A stretch of DNA of 49,716 nucleotides, from contig JAYYZJ010000011.1 in the NCBI GenBank assembly GCA_036340075.1, positions 1 through 49,716 on the forward strand, written 5' to 3'. The stretch comes from Thermodesulfobacteriota bacterium. GTDB lineage: Bacteria; Desulfobacterota_D; UBA1144. Within the stretch, counting starts at the first letter, position 1; each line of letters starts with the position of its first letter. The notes under the pieces were generated by a model. That model had not been told where the DNA came from, did no database searches, and saw only the letters and a list, made by a program, of their open reading frames with translations. This document shows, in pieces, positions 45,857-49,716 of the stretch. The position numbers were made by a program, and so were the translations under genes.

Positions 45857-47227
45857 ATGAATTTTTTAAAAAAAGTAAACGAACAGCAAAGTTGTTGTAT
45901 AGCTATTGATTTTGACGGGGTAATCCATAAAAACTCAAAAGGCTATCACGATGGCACAGTTTACGATAAGCCTGTTTATGGCACTCTTAAATCTTTAAAA
46001 TTAATTTCTGAGCATTACAAAATTATTATTTATTCCTGCAAAGCTTTACCTGACAGACCTCTTTTAAATGGTAAAACAGGTATCGAATTAATTTGGGATT
46101 GGCTAAAAAGTCACAACCTTGATAGCTACATCCATGAAGTGACAAGTTCAAAACCTCGGGCAGCTTTTTACATTGATGACAAAAACATTGAATTTAAAAA
46201 TTGGAATCAAACTTTAAATAAACTTTTTAATAATGATATTAAAATATCAGCTTCAGTCATTGAAAACCAAAACTTATTAAAAGATTTATTTACTTATAAT
46301 TTGTTTGATATAGATTATTTACACATAGATTGGTTTTCAGAAACTGACATAACGGAAGAGCTAAATTTAATTTCTAACTTCTCTTGCATTCCAATGGATT
46401 TTCATGTCATAGGATACAATGACATAGTTGAAGAAACAGTACTTAAATATAAGCCTGACAGTTTTTGCTACCAATACAATAAAAATGACCTAAGCAAAAT
46501 TATAACATCAACAAAAAAAATTAAATCCAAGGGCATTAATGTTGGTATATCTCTCTGTATAGATGATGATTTCAGCTTTTTGAAAAAATATGATTTTTTT
46601 GATTTTATCATGATCATGAACACAACCCCTGGAGTATCTGGTCAAAAACTTGACATCAATAAGTCAAAAAATTACCTTAATCAAATTTTATCTAAGCATG
46701 AAAAATTTAAAATTAGAATTGACGGAGGAATTGATAAAGACTCTATCTTGGATTATAAAGATTATAAAGTAGATGTATTTGTTAGTGGTTCTTATATTAG
46801 TGGCAAAAATCAATTTTTAAATATTCTCAATCTACATGGAAAGCAAAAATATTTGTCTCGAAAAATTAATAAATATGTCAAAAAAAGTCAATTTGTCATT
46901 TTAGATTATAATGATCTCTCTCTTGACATTGTTGTTAATGCTTTAAATAAATATCAAACAGGATTTGTTGTAGTTAAAAAAAATGAATTCCTCTACGGGG
47001 TAATTACAGATGGAGATATTAGGAGAAAAATTAATCAAACTTTCACTTTGGATGATTTAATCAATAAAAATCCAGTATATTGTTTTTTTAATTCCACAGT
47101 TGAAGATTTTCTTAACACAATACAAGAAAAAAACTGCCTAATTAATTTTGTTCCAGTTGTCAATAAAAACAAAATTTTAGTAGGTTTAATCGACACAAAA
47201 CAAGTTATTAATAACTATGCAAAATAA
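45857..47227 (+). CDS. Fusion: HAD phosphatase + ribulose-phosphate 3-epimerase-like barrel + CBS pair
   Basis: IDFDGV...YIDD (HAD); HID, DFHV, MNTTPGVSGQK, IDGGI, FVSGSYI (Rpe); GVITDGDIRR and PVVN...LVGLI (CBS). Confidence 0.8.
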   Translation: MNFLKKVNEQQSCCIAIDFDGVIHKNSKGYHDGTVYDKPVYGTLKSLKLISEHYKIIIYSCKALPDRPLLNGKTGIELIWDWLKSHNLDSYIHEVTSSKPRAAFYIDDKNIEFKNWNQTLNKLFNNDIKISASVIENQNLLKDLFTYNLFDIDYLHIDWFSETDITEELNLISNFSCIPMDFHVIGYNDIVEETVLKYKPDSFCYQYNKNDLSKIITSTKKIKSKGINVGISLCIDDDFSFLKKYDFFDFIMIMNTTPGVSGQKLDINKSKNYLNQILSKHEKFKIRIDGGIDKDSILDYKDYKVDVFVSGSYISGKNQFLNILNLHGKQKYLSRKINKYVKKSQFVILDYNDLSLDIVVNALNKYQTGFVVVKKNEFLYGVITDGDIRRKINQTFTLDDLINKNPVYCFFNSTVEDFLNTIQEKNCLINFVPVVNKNKILVGLIDTKQVINNYAK

Positions 47228-48038
47228 ATATCAAAAAGACCACCCAAACCACAAATCCTCTATTTCTATATCAAATGATATAACAATAGGCAACCCCGAC
47301 CAAACAATTTTTATATCTGGGCCTTGTTCGGTTGAAAGCATTGATCAATTAGAAGTTACAGCAGAAAATTTAATTAAAAATAATATAAAAATAATCCGCG
47401 CTGGATGTTTTAAGCCGCGCACAAACCCTTATTCTTTCTTTGGGTTAGGGTCTGAAGGCTTAGATCTGCTTTGCGATATAAGGTCTAAATATGGGTTAAA
47501 AATTATTACAGAAGTTAGAGATTCTTCTCATGTTGACGAAGTTATTGAAAAGTCTGATATTGTGCAAATTGGCGCCAAAGCAATGTGGGACTATGGAATC
47601 ATGGAAGCTTGCGGCAAAAGCAATAAACCAGTTTTACTCAAGAGGCATTTTGGAGCTACTGTTACTGAATTCTGCAAAATGGCTGAATTCATTTTAAATT
47701 ATGGAAATGAAAATGTAGTTTTATGTGAAAGAGGCATAAGATCATTTGGCACTGAAACTAGATTCACACTGGATGTTTGTGGCATAGAGTGGCTAAAAGC
47801 TAATACACATTTACCTATTATCGTTGACCCTTCTCATGCTATGGGTTACAGGTATGCAATCAAAAATTTAGTACTAGCCAGTTTAGCATTAAATGTGGAC
47901 GGTATTATGATAGAATCGCACCCAAGTCCAGAAAATGCAAAATCAGATGCAGATCAACAAATACCTTTATGCGAACTAGAAAGTATTATTCAATCTTCTA
48001 AAACTGTTCTATCCTCAATTAATAAAGAATTAATATAA
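47217..48038 (+). CDS. Class I-beta DAHP synthase (KdsA superfamily), no regulatory domain
   Basis: GPCSVES, FKPRT, QIGA, KPVLLKR, LCERG, VDPSH, ESHP...SDA. Confidence 0.88.
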   Translation: MQNKYQKDHPNHKSSISISNDITIGNPDQTIFISGPCSVESIDQLEVTAENLIKNNIKIIRAGCFKPRTNPYSFFGLGSEGLDLLCDIRSKYGLKIITEVRDSSHVDEVIEKSDIVQIGAKAMWDYGIMEACGKSNKPVLLKRHFGATVTEFCKMAEFILNYGNENVVLCERGIRSFGTETRFTLDVCGIEWLKANTHLPIIVDPSHAMGYRYAIKNLVLASLALNVDGIMIESHPSPENAKSDADQQIPLCELESIIQSSKTVLSSINKELI

Positions 48039-48683
48039 ATGAAAATCCTAGGATTTGTACCTGCTAAGAGCAATAGCTCTAGGTTAAAAGATAAAAACAT
48101 GTTACCAATTAACGGTAAACCTCTTTTTATCAATGCAGCTGAAAATTTAGCTAAAGTTATTCCAAGAGAAAATATTTACATTGACACCAATGATGATAAA
48201 TATATATCTTTAGCACAAAATAATGGTTTTAATTTTATTAAAAGATCATTAAATCAAACCAGTAATTCATTTACTGGTAATGATTTATTAGGATGGGAGC
48301 TATCCCAAGTAGAATGTGATATAGCCATTCAACATCTACCTACAATGCCCTTCCTTAAACAGTCAACCCTTCAAAAAGGTTTAGATTCTGTAATAAGTCG
48401 TTATGATTCAGTTTTATGTCACTATTTCGACTCATTTTACACTTGGACCGATGAAACTCCAAATTATAATATCAAAAGCTTACCGAACAGTTTTGAGTTG
48501 CTTCCCACTAAAATTGAAGGAATGGGCTTATATATAGTTAAGTCTAAATCTTTTAACGAACATAAAACTAGAGTATGTGGTCGCATATTTAATTTAAAAT
48601 TAGACCATTTTGAAAGAGTGGATATTAACTATGAACAAGATTATCTATTTGCCAAATCAATTTCTAAATCCTTCGTCTCATGA
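48039..48683 (+). CDS. Acylneuraminate/Kdo-type cytidylyltransferase (NeuA/KdsB family)
   Basis: PAKSNSSRLKDKN...GKPL, PTMPF, G.YI, VDINYEQD. Confidence 0.85.
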   Translation: MKILGFVPAKSNSSRLKDKNMLPINGKPLFINAAENLAKVIPRENIYIDTNDDKYISLAQNNGFNFIKRSLNQTSNSFTGNDLLGWELSQVECDIAIQHLPTMPFLKQSTLQKGLDSVISRYDSVLCHYFDSFYTWTDETPNYNIKSLPNSFELLPTKIEGMGLYIVKSKSFNEHKTRVCGRIFNLKLDHFERVDINYEQDYLFAKSISKSFVS

Positions 48684-49336
48684 ACAACTATTGGTTTAAA
48701 AAATTTTTTATCGAAGAACTCTCAGAATCTTACTCAAGTGGAGTTTTTTCCGATGAGCTAGATAAGTTAGGCTATAACAAACAAGTTATTAATAACTGGA
48801 AAATTAATAATTCTAAAAATCGACTTTTTGGTAGAGCTAGAACCATGACTCTCGAAACCGTGAAAACTAGTAATGAAGAGATTCAAAAAGGTTTAGGTTT
48901 TTTATCTAACCTCGACTCAGGAGATATACTCGTTGTAAGTGGTAGTAATGATTATGCTTATTTTGGGGAGCTCATGACACGTATATCGATTCAAAATAAC
49001 CTTGGTGGAACAATTATCGATGGTCTTACTCGAGACACATATTACACACAGGATTCACAATACCCTGTATTTGCCAAAAATTACTCACCAGTTGATATAA
49101 AAGGTAGAGGTAGAGTAAACGAGCTAGATGTAACCATAGAAATTGACGGAGTTTCTATTTGTTGTGGTGATTATGTTTACGGGGATAGTGATGCAGTTGT
49201 AGTTATTCCTCAGGAAATTTTACATAAAGAGCATAGCAAGTTCAACGAAGTTGTCAAGCAAGAGGAAGATATTAAACGTATGATAAATGATAATAAATCT
49301 ATCACTGAAATATTACAAATAACAAAAGAATTTTAA
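48680..49336 (+). CDS. RraA-like/HMG aldolase family protein
   Basis: SDELD, GRART, GDILV, AYFGELM, IDGLTRD, GDYVYGDSDAVVVIP. Confidence 0.85.
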   Translation: MNNYWFKKFFIEELSESYSSGVFSDELDKLGYNKQVINNWKINNSKNRLFGRARTMTLETVKTSNEEIQKGLGFLSNLDSGDILVVSGSNDYAYFGELMTRISIQNNLGGTIIDGLTRDTYYTQDSQYPVFAKNYSPVDIKGRGRVNELDVTIEIDGVSICCGDYVYGDSDAVVVIPQEILHKEHSKFNEVVKQEEDIKRMINDNKSITEILQITKEF

Positions 49337-49353
49337 TAAACTATTTAAAGCTT

Positions 49354-49716
49354 ATGTACATTATACTAGGTAAAAACGGATATATAGCAGAAGCTATAAT
49401 TAAAGAATTAAAGTCACGCGATTTACCTCATATTGCTTGGAGCAGGAATGACGTAAACTACTTGGATTATTTCACTTTGAAAAGTGAAATAATTAATATT
49501 AAAATCAATAATCATTTATCAGATGTAATTTCATCTCAAAGCATAAAAGTTATTAATTGCGCTGGTTTTATAGGAAAGCCCAACGTTGATGCATGTGAGC
49601 TCGCTAAATCTGACTGCATAGAAGGTAATGTTTTACTCCCTCAAATGCTATCTCTATTATCTCTTGAAATGAGTTTTACTTTTGTCCAAATATCTTCAGG
49701 TTGCATCTACGGAGGT
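49354..49716 (+). CDS. RmlD-like NDP-4-keto-6-deoxy-sugar reductase (NRS/ER type), 3' truncated
   Basis: Not in the ORF track. Translates as MYIILGKNGYIA...INCAGFIGKPNVDACE...GNV...QISSGCIYG and is open to the window end. Confidence 0.8.
   Translation, partial: MYIILGKNGYIAEAIIKELKSRDLPHIAWSRNDVNYLDYFTLKSEIINIKINNHLSDVISSQSIKVINCAGFIGKPNVDACELAKSDCIEGNVLLPQMLSLLSLEMSFTFVQISSGCIYGG

Noticed and set aside
47217..48038. Calling this gene kdsA, or a shikimate-pathway aroF auxiliary gene
   Set aside because: It has KPRT rather than KANRS, so it is not a typical KdsA, and its context is sugar activation rather than aromatic synthesis; symbol left blank
1..49716. Giant eukaryotic virus or cellular capsule locus as the source, given the STELLO, GT31, NRS/ER and Whirly-like genes
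   Set aside because: TMP, tail genes, bacterial-type SSB, a sigma factor, sigma70 promoters and intrinsic terminators indicate a tailed bacteriophage; no Wzx/Wzy/ABC export genes are present
1..49716. Stop-codon reassignment
   Set aside because: Standard-code ORFs tile the window densely, and TAA, TAG and TGA all end genes at sensible boundaries

Overview
AT-rich fragment of a large tailed dsDNA phage (Caudoviricetes; probably a siphovirus, since no sheath gene is evident). No rRNA, tRNA, CRISPR array or IS was seen. There are three blocks. (1) 1-26.6 kb, + strand, virion morphogenesis: major capsid C-terminus, head-tail joining genes, tail tube, two chaperone-like genes, a 3173-aa tape measure protein (TMP) and tail-tip genes. 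(2) 26.6-31.6 kb, mostly - strand, DNA-metabolism and regulatory genes with near-consensus sigma70 promoters: annealase-like, Whirly-like, SSB, phage sigma factor, dNMP kinase. (3) 31.7-49.7 kb, + strand: nrdA inside a glycan island of about 20 genes (glycosyltransferases, sulfotransferases, LicD, cytidylyltransferases, RmlB, a DAHP-synthase/CMP-transferase module). The main candidates for something new are: a TMP whose middle is cut by eight copies of a G[FY]xPN[FYL] motif into unrelated basic cargo modules, two with PD-(D/E)xK nuclease-like motifs; a GTGTA putative late promoter shared by structural and glycan genes, together with Thr/Pro-rich tails on virion proteins (possible virion glycosylation/sulfation); a Kdo-like but probably C7 CMP-ulosonate pathway; and a Whirly-like ssDNA-binding protein. 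All calls come from motif reading and gene order; no database searches were run.
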